Shown here piece after piece: positions 1-14,588 of a stretch of DNA of 64,000 bases. The translations under genes and the position numbers were made by a program. The first letter of the stretch is position 1; each line of letters begins with the position of its first letter. The notes below the pieces were generated by a model that did not search any database, had not been told where the DNA came from, and worked only from the letters and a program-made list of their open reading frames with translations. The DNA lies in assembly GCF_006345805.1 (NCBI RefSeq), contig NC_043017.1, forward strand, positions 2,542,001 to 2,606,000, read 5' to 3'. This DNA comes from Octopus sinensis. Taxonomy: Eukaryota.

Positions 1-93
1 ATGGAGAAGCTGTTAAGCACAAGAGATTAAACAGGAACCCGAAACGAATCCACATTCATCGTGACAATCCACGGACACAAACTAATTTCGCGA

Positions 94-329
94 AAGGCGG
101 CGAGCTGGTAGAAACGTTAGAACGCCGGGCGAAATGCTTTGCAGCATTTCATCTGCCGTTACGTTCTGAGTTCCAATTCCGCCGAGGTCGACTTTGCCTT
201 TCATCCTTTCGGGGTCGGTAAATTAAGTACCAGTTACGCACTGGGATCGATTTAATCGACTTAATCCCTTTGTGTATCCTTGTTTGTCGACTCTATGTTT
301 AGCCCCTTGTGGGCAATGAAGAAATAACT
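94..329 (+). mobile_element. tRNA-derived SINE, family A, full length with 14-bp TSD
   Basis: Head aggcggcgagctggtagaaacgttag, B-box-like gagttccaattcc, central gtcgactttgcctttcatcctttcgggg and 3' end gaagaaata. Identical direct repeat aactaatttcgcga at 80-93 and 330-343. More than 10 similar copies in the window. Confidence 0.9.
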
Positions 330-722
330 AACTAATTTCGCGACATATAAGGCAATCGGATAAATCACCAAATCAGAGGTCCGCCATCCAATGCAAGAAC
401 TAGATATGGCAAACTCAAGATTCCATCTGTTCCGTTCATTGATGAGGATTCTTTGGAGATAAATATTGCAAATGAGAAATACTGTAAGAAAAATATGGGC
501 TACTTTGCGACGTTTACCATCCACAATTCTTGAGTTGGGATCAACGATTATGAAAATTAAATATGATAGACACTTTGATGTTCAAAGGAAGACACTCCCC
601 TGCTTTTGTCGAAAACTGTATAACTTGAACAAAATATGTTACATACAAAAACTTAAGGTGCCGTCTGCAATAATACATATATATGAATACAGCAACATAT
701 GAACAGGTATTTACAATATACA

Positions 723-727
723 TGTGA

Positions 728-797
<70 letters not shown>

Positions 798-1396
798 CAT
801 ACATACACACACACACACACATGTACATAGATATATATATATACACACACACACACACATTTACACATCAATATGTAAATATCCATCCATATATGTAAAC
901 ACATATACACTATATATAAGTATGTATATATATATATATATATATATACATACACCATAGATACATGTATATATATTATAAATCCATGTCCATATATACG
1001 AATATATTTATGAATATAAGCTTATACATCATAAATAGGTACAAGCGCACATTTATGCATATCTACAATACAATTATATGTATACACATAATACCAGTGT
1101 AAATGTGCACATATACACGGATATATGTATATTTGTAAATGTATACAAGGAAACAGGTATATATATAAACTGCTAATAGTGTTACATATGTATATGCTCA
1201 TACATATATACCCTTGCACAAATATTCACATATATACCCTTACTCATATATATTCAATTATACACTTACAGATATATATACATTTATACCCTTACGAATA
1301 TACATATATATATATATATATAATAGATAGATAGACAATATCCATATATATATATATAGAGAGAGAGATAGATTGATAGACAATATCCATATATAT

Positions 1397-1427
<31 letters not shown>

Positions 1428-1448
1428 GATAGACAATATATATATGTG

Positions 1449-1510
<62 letters not shown>

Positions 1511-2178
1511 TATCCATAGGTATCTATATATTCGGATATGTATACGTGTAAGTATATATATATATATATATCACAATCATATCACAATGTGATGTTGAAC
1601 TTATAAATGGTCTATGACTATTTAATTTTTTTCCCACTAGGCGCTGGTGGCAAAAGAATTCTACAAAATTTTTTGCCACCCTATATTGATTAATAATATA
1701 TAATATATATTATATATATATATTATATATATATATATATAGATATAGATATATATATATATATATATTTATAGTTGAGTGCATGAATATTTTTATATAC
1801 GGTATGTGTGGAAATATGTTTACATAAATATACATTAAATACATTGTATGTATGTATATATATATATATAATCAATAATAATAATAAAGGTTAAAAATTA
1901 ATTAATAATTTTACCAAATAGTTTGGTATGTTAAAGAACCATTATCGGTAAACTTATACAAAAATGCTATATGCTTATAAATTCTATATGTTTATAATTA
2001 TATGATATATATATATATATATGAGTGTGTGTGTGTGTGTATGTATGTATCTATCTATATATGTACACATTACTTATATAATTTGAACCTGTATAAAAAA
2101 TACATTCAACAAGTGTGTGTTTTTACGTCTATATATTACACAACTAGTGTTGTGTGAATGTATATGCATGCATGTGCG

Positions 2179-2222
<44 letters not shown>
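723..2222. repeat. (TA)n/(CA)n/(GATA)n microsatellite mosaic
   Basis: Visible dinucleotide and tetranucleotide runs; source of the spurious YIYI/CVCV ORFs. Confidence 0.9.
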
Positions 2223-2233
<11 letters not shown>

Positions 2234-2466
2234 TAGTGAGAAGACTTATCCAAAGTAAGTTGGGAGGGAGTGATAATCCGGGTTTCGGTATATATTACTG
2301 GGTCAATATATTTCATAGGTATTTTCCCCAACAGCTTATAACACTTGTTGCATATATTTTCCCGAATCACATAACAGCACCTTTTTAATGAAGTCAAAAT
2401 TAACAGATTGAAAACCGTCATTAAGTACACTTAAAATTTATTATTCAGACCATTTCTGTGAGCATG

Positions 2467-2566
2467 NNNNNNNNNNNNNNNNNNNNNNNNNNNNNNNNNN
2501 NNNNNNNNNNNNNNNNNNNNNNNNNNNNNNNNNNNNNNNNNNNNNNNNNNNNNNNNNNNNNNNNNN
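2467..2566. other. Assembly gap (100 N)
   Basis: Run of n; the round length suggests a placeholder of unknown size. Confidence 0.99.
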
Positions 2567-3415
2567 TTCGATTTTTTCTTTTTATTGTATTCGATCTTCA
2601 GAAAATAATTTGGATAATTCCGATTGAGTTTCATGTATTGCAAAAGAGTCTTTGTTGTTCACTCAGAATTAATTCGTAATTTATGATTGCATTCGATCTT
2701 CTTGGTTTATTGTAAATTTAATTTCCAACACACATACGTCACACCATTTTATGAAATTCGTCATACATCTGACTGTTTCCCAATTGTTGGCTATCGTGTT
2801 TTCTACACATTTCATCTATTCCAATGAAATATAACTGCATCAATGGCTTTGTCTGTGATATTATCTCAAAAACAGTGTTGTGTGCGTTGTATTCCGAGAA
2901 GAAGTAATCTTCTGATAAACCAAGAACGTACACAGCACCATCGGGTTAAGAAGCTCGCTTTAAAAGCACGGGATTGCGTTCGATCCCAACGTGCGAAATA
3001 TTAAACAAATGTGTTATATCTAGGGATCGACCCAAGACCAGTGACTGGAATTTGTACAAGTGAAAACTGTGTGGAAAACATCACAAGCCTTGTATTTGCT
3101 CTGCGATGGTAGACTTGGCCCATCGCTCTGTTCAACACAACGGTTTCTCAAAGGTATTCATATCTATATAACTAGTTTTGAATCATTGAATGGTTATGGG
3201 GGCTCACCAGAGTAAAATAGTAATCATTGCATCCCACAGGATTTTGCAGTTTTCATTCTTGGTGACTCCTTCTGGGGTTCGCTCATACCACGTCTTTGCT
3301 CTTTCTAGGCCGTGATTTCCACAGAACTCCCAATGGATCAAGAATATTTATATATACATACATATGTGTGTGTGTGTGTGTGTGTTAATCGTTTCTTTGG
3401 AATTATATTTTGCAA

Positions 3416-3536
3416 ATTCCTTTTAGTCTTTCACGCATCGAATAACGGCGTCACAAATGTGAACTTTCCAGGCTTTCTCTGCAACTGCGAAATATCGTAA
3501 AATTTCGATGTTTTCTCTGCCTCATCAGAGAGGAAT
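3416..3536 (-). ncRNA. Type I hammerhead-ribozyme-like motif with extended stems II and III (probably a Penelope-type retroelement terminus)
   Basis: Minus strand: AUUCCUCU-CUGAUGA-GGC...GCC-UG-GAAA-GUUCAC...GUGAAAGAC-UA-AAAGGAAU. Stem I 7/8 pairs, core CUGAUGA and GAAA present, putative CUA cleavage triplet, 2 extra nt before GAAA. Confidence 0.55.
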
Positions 3537-3998
3537 ACAAGTATTAGAAGGTTCTAGATCACAAATTATACTGTAAGATGGGCAGGACTGCAGGGAATCA
3601 ACACCAACATTTCCAACATCTCCAATGCGACAAAATCCATGAGGATTAAAGAGTATAGACAACACCTACACCAATGCTACTATAAGAAAGTGACAACACC
3701 AACAACATCAACAAACTAAAAGCCTCAAAACCAATCCAGCCATGAACACCAGGGCAACACGAAGACCAAATTTGCCTCAAAACCCGAAGCAACAAACAGA
3801 AAAACAACCCAACAGCAATAACACTAACCCCGTTGACGACAAAATCCCCAGCATTAACACTCTAAACGCTGACAACGCCAGCGACAACACCCCCGCACCA
3901 ATACCCCAACCTAACACCCCCAAAACTAATATCCCCAACACTAACACCCCAACACCAACACCCCCAACACCAGCATCCCCGACACAAACTCCCTAACA

Positions 3999-4232
3999 AG
4001 GCGGCGAGCTGGCAGAAACGTTAGCACTCCTGGCGAGATGCTTAACGGTATTTCGTCTGCCGCTACGTTCTGAGTTCAAATTCCACTGAGGTTGACTTTG
4101 CCTTTCATCCTTTCGGGGTTGATTAAATTAAGTACCAGTTACACACTGGGGTCGATATAATCGACTTAATCCGTGTGTTTGTCCTTGTTTGTCCCCTCTG
4201 TGTTTAGTCCCTTGTGGGTAGTAAAGAAATAG
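3999..4232 (+). mobile_element. SINE family A, full length
   Basis: aggcggcgagctggcagaaacgttag ... gtaaagaaatag; collinear with the 94-329 copy. Confidence 0.9.
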
Positions 4233-5350
4233 ATATAAACATCGCTCTCTACGACTTGGAGATAGATTCAGCCTGGAATATCTCTTATCATTACACTGCT
4301 CCATCAGGACTGCTTGACCGAGGGTTAAACGACAAGAAAATGTCATCACCGATACCACCAATGACCCCCCAGCAGCAATAGAACCAGCATCTTTAACGGA
4401 CATCACGATGGACACAGCCAAAACTGCTACACCATCGCTCTCCATCTACGGCGACACCAACACTGGCGTGGCAGTCACCTTCGACTCCTCCGCCATCACT
4501 TGGCCGTTTGGCATGCTAGAAACTGCAGCTAAATTTTCGTCAACTACCTCTATCGCCTGAAGCTAATGATATATTGTCATTCGTTGTTGTAAACTGACGA
4601 GATGGTCACTACGGAAAGGGCTTTATTCATTCGATTCGCTTCATGGGTTCTAACCTGGTGTTTTGGACGACATCGGCAACATCCATCCATCCAGCCAACC
4701 ACCACCACCACCACCACCACCACCACTACCACCATCGCCGCCGCCTTTACAACCATCACCATCTCCATTACCGCCGCCACCTATAAAATCTTTCCCGCCG
4801 CTGTCTCCAGCTCTGCTTGGACAGCAAAAGATACCTCACCCACCACCGCCGCCGCTACCATCGACACTACAACAACTACCACCACTACCACCGCCACCAC
4901 CACCACCACCACGATCGCGTCGACTGCTGCTGCTGCTGCTGTGGCTGCCGCCGCCGCCGCTGCTGCTGCTGTTTCTTTCGCTCGCTCTGCAACTGTTTGT
5001 TACTCCATCTAGCGGCGAGTGCTGTTACTACAGTCACCTTTCATTTAATCAGTGTTGCGTTTGATATTGCTGCTTTTACATCTCGCATGTACCTCTTGTA
5101 TTGATTGATTGATTGATCTATTTATATATCTATATATACGCGCCGCCCGCATGCGTGCGCGTGTCTGTGTGTGCGTGTGTCTGTGTGTGTGTTTATTCAT
5201 ATGTAAATGTATATGTATGTAATGTGTGTGTGAGTGTGTATGTGTATGTGTGTGTGTGTACGTTCGTCGTTACTTGTATTTATTGTTCAGACATATCTAT
5301 CTATCTATATATATATTGTTATTATATATATATATATATATAATATATAT

Positions 5351-6810
<1,460 letters not shown>

Positions 6811-7099
6811 GGCAACATTTGTGGATAATTTCGCTCGCTTTGTACCATTTCTCACCATTCCACAACCATCACCACCACCATCAGCACCACCAACGTTGCT
6901 ATCATAGCCAGCATCATTTCTAGTGCTGCTACCACCACCACCACCACCAGCATCTGTGCCGCCGCCGCCATCAGTCCGCTCTTTGCCCGTTCAATAAATA
7001 CAATTTTAAAATTGGACGGTAATCAATTATTAGTAATGATATCACGAATTGTGCTTCTTTCGTGTTCCAAGTTCCTGTATTACCGTCATTTCATCACTC

Positions 7100-8001
7100 C
7101 TCATCCCTCTACCCCCCCCCCACCTTCCTCATCCCTATACCTGCACCCCTCCCCCTTTACAACCACCATCTCTACCTATCTACTCTCCCTTCTCTCTCAC
7201 TTCTCTCTCTCTCTCTTTCTCTCTTTCTCTCTCACTGCAACCTTTTTATTTTTTTACCTCTTCCTCACCCCTTTCCTCTATAATTTGTCCTCCTACTCAG
7301 CTTTTACTTCTCTCATTCTTTTCGTTATCAACTCTCTCCTCACACACTTAGTCTCTCTTTCTTCCTTCACTCTCTCTCTAACTATCTCTCTCTCTATCTT
7401 TCTATCTATCTTTCTATCTTTCTATCTGTGTCTATTTTTATAAGACATTTATGTATCTATCTCTCATAAATATATATATATATATGCGTGAGTGTGTGTG
7501 TGTGTCTAACTACCTCTCTCTCTCTCTCTTTCTCTCTCTCTATTTCTCTCTCTCTCTTTCTCTGTCTATCTTTCTTTCTATCACTCCCTGTCTCTCTAAT
7601 ATACGCAGCTTTCTACCCAGCTTCTCTCTCTCTCTCTCTCTCCCTCGTTCTTTCTCTTTCTCTCTACCTCTATTTTTCCGTAGTTGTTGCTCTCCCTCCA
7701 TTTATCCATCTGTCTCTCATCCTATGTCTCTCCGTATCTTTCTCTCCTCCTCTCCTGTTCTCTCACATGCAGCATTCGGTCTCTCAATTCATTCGGAACT
7801 CTCCCTTTCTCTCTTTCTCTCTTTCTCCCTCCCCTCTCTCTGTCTTTTACTCTTTCCATCTCTCTCTCTTTCTCTCATCCTCTCTTTCCTTTTCTTTCTC
7901 TCTCTTTTTCTGTCCACTTGTCTATTTTCTTCATCTCTCTGCGTGTCTATCTGTATCTTTAGCAATGTCTCTCTCTCTCTCTATGCCGTCCCTTTATAGT
8001 A

Positions 8002-8034
<33 letters not shown>

Positions 8035-9320
8035 ATATACCTCTATCCCACTTTTTTCTCCATTTCAGTCTCACACAATTTTCCCTCTTTCTCCATATCG
8101 CTCTTCCTCTCGCATTATTCAATCTCTCTCTCACTCTCTCATTTCACAATCTCTCCCTCTCTTACAATCTCTCCTTTTACAACCTATCCCTCTCTCTCTC
8201 TCTCTCTCTCCTACATTCCATCTCACATTCTCTATTTCTCTCTCTCTCAACCTCTCTCTCTCTCTCTCTCTCCCGTATCCTCGCCTCTCGTCTGCTAAAC
8301 TCTGACTCACTCAATCTTATATAACTACGTCTCCTTCCCCTTCGCCCCTTCTACTTTCCAGCTGCTCTCCGTCTCCTCACACTTCTCATACTCCTCTTCC
8401 TTCCACTCTTCTCTATCTAAAACTCACCATTGCCTTATTCTCTTACTCTTTCTCCTCACCCAATATACCCCTCCCTCTCTACCTCACTATTTATCTCCTC
8501 TTACTCTCCCTCTTCCACATTACATTCTCTTTCTATTGCCTCCCCGACACTTAATTTCTTCTTACCTCTCTTCCTCTTCCTCTCCCTTCTCCCTCTTTCT
8601 CTCCCTCACTCTCTCTCACTGTCTTACTCTATTTTTCTCTATCAACTCTCTCTCTACCGTGCTTCCGCATTCTTTCTCTCTCACTTTTTCTTCTTTATAT
8701 TAATCTTTCTTACTCTTTCTCTCTCTCTTTCCGTCAATTTACTCACATCTGCTTCTTTTTTACTCTCTCTCTCTCTTCTCTCTTCTCTCTCGTTCTTTCC
8801 TCTCTTTCTCTCTCTCTCCTCTCTCCCTATTTCCAGTCATTCTCTCACATTTTGCTCTCCAAACAATCAACACAATTATCTTCTTTTTCTTTCTCTCCTT
8901 TTCCATCTCCCTGTTTTCTTCTCTCTCTCTCTCTCTCTCTCACCCTATCTCTCTCTTCCTCTTTCTCTCTATTTATCTCTTTTAGTACATCTCTCTCTTT
9001 CTCTCTTTTTCTTTCTTCATTCCTCTCTCTCCCTCTCACCCACTCTGCGCTTCTCTCTTCTTCTTCTTTCTCTCTCTCTCTTCTTTCTCTCTCTCTCTTC
9101 CTCTTTCTCTCTTTCTCTTCTTGCTCTCTATCTCTCTCTTCTTTTTCTCTCTCTCTTTGTCTTTCCGTTTCTCTTCTCTTTTCTGTCTCTCTCTGTTTTC
9201 TCTCTCTCTGTCTCTGCTTTCTCTTCCTCCTCTTCCGCTCTCTCTCTCTCCCACACAAACACTCACACACACACACACATGCCTATCCCCCTATCCCTCT
9301 CCCTCCCTCCCTCTCTTCCC
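7100..9320. repeat. Pyrimidine-rich (CT)n low-complexity block
   Basis: About 2.2 kb of C/T-dominated degenerate (CT)n. Confidence 0.9.
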
Positions 9321-9604
9321 CGCCACTCCACTTCTAACACTTCATTTTGTCATCCTCCGAGTAAGAAGCCAAGTGGTGAGGTTGACGGAGTTGGCAGCGA
9401 GGATTCCATTTGATTTCACGAATCCATTAGCGTAATCAAGAATATAGCATCAACGGAAAAGACGAAAAGAGTGAATTTTTATTAAATTGACATTTTCACT
9501 CTGAAACGCCCAACAATAACAACAACAACAACTACTACGGCGGCGACGTCGACGACGGCAAAACAACTGCAGCACCTCCAAACAACGGCACAAATGGTGC
9601 CATT

Positions 9605-10095
9605 AGCGCCTAGAAATAGCAGCCAAATCTCTCTAAAAACACACCTTAGTAGTCTGTTCTAAGGAAAAGGAAGGACACGTTGGGTAATTCTGTATGGGGG
9701 AGAAAATGTCTCCTGGGAAAGAAAATGATGGTCGGGGATGTCATGGTTGGAATTTCATTGATAATGGGACTGCTCGAATCAGGGTTGATTCGTGGTTAAA
9801 CAGCAACATGGACCGGGGGGTAGGGTAGGGTGCGGTGGGGGTGGGGCTGGTGGTGGTGGTGGTGGTGGGGGTTGTTCTACGTTGTGGTTGATCTGTTAGA
9901 GATAGCAGTCAAATGGTCTCTCAAATCACACGTCATTGTTTTCAGGAATGGAATGAACACGTTGGATGAAGTAGTCTGAGATACCTGGCGTTTAAAAGAG
10001 AAAAAAAAGTAAGAGAGGGGATGGTCATGTCTGGAACGCTTTTGGCAATAGCTCTGTCGAATTCGGAGTGAATTACTGTCAAACAACAACAACAA
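9605..10095 (+). mobile_element. Two decayed copies of old SINE-like family C (gctagaaatagcagccaaatct ... (AAC)n tail)
   Basis: Shared motifs tagaaatagcagccaaatctc, gatggtcatggctggaatg and a CAA tail. Other copies near 4510, 22510, 23560, 26265, 42285-42750, 47135, 58460-59060 (+) and 27120-27680, 47860 (-). Confidence 0.65.
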
Positions 10096-10131
10096 TGGTA
10101 ATTGCTGACAGCACCACTAACGGCCACTGTG

Positions 10132-10410
10132 AAAGAAGAAGAAGAAGAAGAAGAAGAAGAAGAAGAAGAAGAAGAAGAAGAAGAAGGAGAAGAAGAAGAA
10201 GAGAAGAAGAAGAAGAAGAAGAAGAAGAAGAAGAAGAAGAAGAAGAAGAGAAGAAGAAGAAGAAGTAGAAGAAGAAGAAGGGGAAGAAGAAGAAGAGAAG
10301 AAGAAGAAGAAGAAGAAGAAGAAGAAGAAGAAGAAGAAGAAGAAGAAGGAGAAGAAGAAGTAGAAGAAGAAGGGGAAGAAGAAGAAGCAGTAAAAAGAAG
10401 AAGAAGAGCA
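10132..10410. repeat. (GAA)n trinucleotide tract
   Basis: About 280 bp of near-perfect GAA; source of the polyE/K/R ORFs. Confidence 0.95.
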
Positions 10411-10471
10411 ACAACAACAACAAGAACAACAACGACGACTACGAAACAGTAACAAAAACATAAGCAACACT

Positions 10472-10504
<33 letters not shown>

Positions 10505-10585
10505 CACAACAACAACAACAGTGGCAAACGGAATATTAAGAAGGAACTTCTACAAATTATCACAGACCAACAGCAGCTGCTGTCC

Positions 10586-10621
<36 letters not shown>

Positions 10622-10924
10622 ACGGTTGTTGTTGTTGCTGCGTGGCCCCAGGTCATCATTGAATGAGCGGCCCCTATCGCGAAAGGCGTTTGAATCATTA
10701 GAATCCGTTTTGTTTTTGAGGAGTTTCTAGGACTGCATCACTTCCGCCGTTTTGGGTTTTTTTCTTTTCTTGTTTTATATATATATAAGACGGTGTGTGT
10801 GTGTGTATGAGTGAGTGTGTGTGAGTGTCTGTTTGTAAGTGAGTGCGTGTGTATGTTTTGGCTGTTATTTGTAGAAGGGTCAAGCGATTACTTAGCCATA
10901 CCAGGTATAGTCGCTGTCGTCGCC

Positions 10925-10960
<36 letters not shown>

Positions 10961-11008
10961 GTAGTAGTAGTGGTGGTGGTGGTGGTGGTGGTGGTGGTGG
11001 TGGTGGTG

Positions 11009-11041
<33 letters not shown>

Positions 11042-11319
11042 TGAAGAAGAAGAAGAAAAGAGGGGAAGCTGGTTACAGTTTGATCCTAATCTTGTAAAGG
11101 ATAGAAAGAGGGAAGAATAGAGAGAGAAAGTGAGAGAGTGAGGGGGGAGAGAGAGACTGATGTGAGGGAGATAGAGACATACAATGAGAGAAAGGAACAG
11201 AGAGACAGAGAGACGGACATGAGAGACTGTGAGGAAGAGGTTGAGAGACAGAAGGGGGAGAGAGAGAGATTGACAGAGAGACAGGCAGAGAAAGAGAGAA
11301 TGTGTGCGTATGAGAGAGG

Positions 11320-11350
<31 letters not shown>

Positions 11351-11869
11351 AGTATGTCTGTGTGAGAGTGAGAGAGAGGGAGAGATTAATAATGATAAAG
11401 AGAAAGTGTAACAGAGTTTGAGGGAAAGAGCGATGCTAAATGAGAGAGAGAGAGAGAGAGAAAGAAAGAGAGAGGGAGAGAGGGGGAAGGAGAGGGAGGG
11501 AGAGTGTGCGGTGTCTGACCTAGGATAGCTGGGCAATGGATAAATTGCATGGATGTTGCTGATTTCTCGTTTGAAACCGATCTTTCAGCTTATGATGACT
11601 TCTTCTTCTTCAATTTCTCCTTCTTCAATTTCTCCTTCTTCAATTTCTTCTTTTTATTCTTCTACTTTTCTATTTCTTCTTCACCTTCTTCTCTTCTTCT
11701 CTTCTTCTTCTTCTTCTCTTCTTCTTCTCCTCCTCCTTCTTTTTATTATTTTTCTCCTTCTTCTTCTTCTTATTATTATTATCATTATTATTATTATTAT
11801 TATTCTCCTTCTTCTCCTCCTCTTCTTCTTCTTCTTCTACTTCTTCTTCTCCTCCTTCTCCTCCTTCTT

Positions 11870-11903
<34 letters not shown>

Positions 11904-12067
11904 ATTTGAAGCAATGTGAAGAACTAAACGTCGGAGGCGTTAAAAGGGTGCCACTTCGCAAGAGTTCCAACACTGCTTCGGATGGTGGAAAACGCGCCTG
12001 GAGCGACGCATTGCTTCTAGTGGCGGAAGCTGGCACTACAACGGGCTTGTCCCACAGAGAACGTTTC

Positions 12068-12278
12068 CTATTTCTTTATTGCCCACAAGGGGCTAAACAC
12101 AGAGAGGACAAACAAGGACAGACAAACGGATCAAGTCGATTACATCGACCCCAGTGCGTAACTGGTACTTATTTTATCGACCCCGAAAGGATGAAAGGCA
12201 AAGTCGACCTCGGTGGAATTTGAACTCAGAACGTAACGGCAGACGAAATGCCGCTAGCATGTCTGCCAGCTGGCCGCA
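12068..12278 (-). mobile_element. SINE family A
   Basis: Reverse complement of family A, with a small deletion in the head. Confidence 0.85.
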
Positions 12279-12528
12279 AGCTTCTTACCGAAGTGACTTA
12301 CTTTACAAAACTCCAAACGTGTTCACAGAGTCTCATCTAAATCTTGCTCTCAGTGGAGTCGGAAATCCATCAGTCGAAAAGAGCTTGCTGACCAAAGTCC
12401 ATTTATTATACCAAGAGTATCTCACTGACATTCCAGTTATGAAAATATAACATTAAATACAATAAAAGAATTGTTTACAAACAGTTTTGGGCCAAAAGTC
12501 ACCCGACAGTAAATCAAAATTCCATGCT

Positions 12529-12907
12529 CTGTGGTAAGTAGCTTGCCAACCAACCACATGGTTCCGGGTTCAGTCCCACTGCGTGGCATCTTGGGCAACT
12601 GTCTTCTACTATAGCCTCGGGCCGACCAATGCCTTGTGAAACTGAATGAAGCCCGTCGTATATATGTATATATATATATGTGTGTGTGTGTTTGTGTATA
12701 TGTTTGTGTGTCTGTGTTTGTCCCCCTAGCATTGCTTGACAACCGATGCTGGTGTGTTTACATCCCGTCACTTAGCGGTTCGGCAAAAGAGACCGATAGA
12801 ATAAGTACTAGGCTTACAAAGAATAAGTCCCGGGGTCGATTTGCTCGACTAAATGCGGTGCTCCAGCATGGCCGCAGTCAAATGACTGAAACAAATAAAA
12901 GAGTAAA
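12529..12907 (+). mobile_element. tRNA-derived SINE family B (internal microsatellite, CR1-type 3' tail)
   Basis: Head gtggtaag...ggttcagtcc, CORE-like cttgggcaa segment, internal (TA)(TG), tail gcggtgctccagcatggccgcagtcaaatgactgaaac. Confidence 0.88.
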
Positions 12908-13149
12908 TACTTAACATTCAATTTTATTTATTCATTTCAATTATGAATGTTTAATAATTAAATGCTGTGAGTTCGAATGACCATTGGTGGGTGGGTGGGG
13001 GGGGAGTTCAACAGTTGTCTATCTATTAGCAAAATCTCATGCAAGATAATTTTTTGTTTTGATCTTGGAATTAAGTGAATTTTTTCTTTTTTTTTTACTG
13101 TCAGGTGACTTTTGGCAAACCCTGTATATATTGGTTGTCAAAGACTCCT

Positions 13150-13660
13150 TATTTCTTTATTGCACACAAGGGGCTAAACATAGAGGGGACAAACAAGGAC
13201 AGACAAACGGATTAAGTCGATTACATCGACCCCAGTGCGTAACAGGTACTTATTTAATCGACCCCGAAAGGATGAAAGGCAAAGTCGACCTCGGCGGAAT
13301 TTGAACTCAGAACGTAACGGCAGACGATATACCGCTCAGCATTTCGCCAGGCGTGCTAACGTTTCTGCCAGCTCGCCGCTAAGTATTTTGTCCGGAGCGC
13401 TAACGCTTCTACCAACTCGGCGACTCTATAGTAGTTTAAAATAATGGTTTCGAATTTTGCCACAAAGTTAGAAATTCGGCGGATGGGGCCAAGTCGGTTA
13501 CATCGAGCTCTGTGTTCACTTGCAACTTATTTTATCGTCCTCGAAACTATAAAAGGCAAAGTCGACTTCGGCGGAATTTGAACCCAGACCGTAATGATGG
13601 ACGAAATGCTGCTAATTATTTTGTCCTGCGTGCTAACGATTCTACCATCTTGTCACCTTA
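13150..13660 (-). mobile_element. SINE family A full copy (13150-13379) plus an older adjacent copy
   Basis: Two runs of aaaggcaaagtcgac...ggaatttgaac. Confidence 0.8.
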
Positions 13661-13821
13661 ACCGTAATCCATAGTATTTCTACTCTAGGCACCTGAGCAG
13701 TAGTTTGGAAGACGGAGGAATTCGTCCATTCCCCCATTCACAGTACTTAATTTCATTGACACCGAAAGTGTGAAAATCACAGTTGAACTCGGCTCCATTT
13801 GAACTCAGAACCTAAAAAAAG

Positions 13822-14176
13822 TTTGTTTACCAACCACATGGTTCCGGGTTCAGTCCTACTGCATGGCACCTTGGCAAAATGTCTTCTACTATAGCCTCGG
13901 GACGACCAAAACCTTGTGAGTGTATTTGGAAGACGGAAACTGAAAGAAGCTCGTTGCGCATGTGTGTGTTTGTCCTGCCACTGTTTGATGACCGGCGTTG
14001 GTATATTTATGTCCCCATAAGTGAGTGGTTCGGCAAAAGAGACCGATAGGATAAGTACCAGGCTTTTAAAAAACAAAGTAATACTGGACTCGGGTCATTC
14101 GATTAAAAATTCTTTAATGCGGTGCTCTAGCATGGCCACAGTCGAAGGACTGAGACAAGTAAAAGACGAAAAGTAA
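13822..14176 (+). mobile_element. SINE family B, 5'-truncated
   Basis: Collinear with 12529-12907; tail stem cagtc-gaag-gactg. Confidence 0.8.
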
Positions 14177-14550
14177 AACCGAAACAAACAGGGGTGATGG
14201 TCTCAGTCCAGGACTTATGTTTTTTGGCAAAAATGTTAATAATTCTAATAAAAATTCCTAGCAAAAGGCAGAAAGCCATAAATGGTAGCGGAGAATGTTA
14301 CGGGTACAACAGTTGTATTTGTTTTAATTTAACGACTTGAAAAACGATGAGGGAGAATCGATGGTGGGGTCGAGGAGGGAATGGGTTGGACGTGACTAAT
14401 AGGCACGTCATTATTTCGTAGAAATAGTGATGATGATGATGATGATGATGAAGAGGAGGAGGAGGAGGAGAATTGCTGTGGTTGTTGTTGTTGTTGTGGT
14501 GGTGGTGGTGGTGGTGGTGGTGATGATGATAATGACGATGAAAATGATGG

Positions 14551-14588
<38 letters not shown>

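Noticed and set aside
1-540. Protein-like reading frames either side of the first SINE (GEAVKHKRLNRNPKR...; ...YGKLKIPSVPFIDEDSLEIN...)
   Set aside because: Stops and a frameshift, no recognisable motif and no splice support; possibly a decayed TE but cannot be called.
1646-1680. Hairpin ggtggcaaaa...ttttgccacc as a Helitron 3' end or terminator
   Set aside because: The hairpin is real, but there is no CTRR end or other element context; left unassigned.
2739-2933. 64-aa non-repetitive minus-strand ORF near the gap
   Set aside because: No recognisable domain or convincing splice pair; insufficient evidence without a search.
4602-5104. Poly-Pro/Thr/His/Ala ORFs resembling a transcription-factor exon
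   Set aside because: All three frames are open over (CAC)/(CCG)/(CTG) triplets and start inside a family C repeat; no domain.
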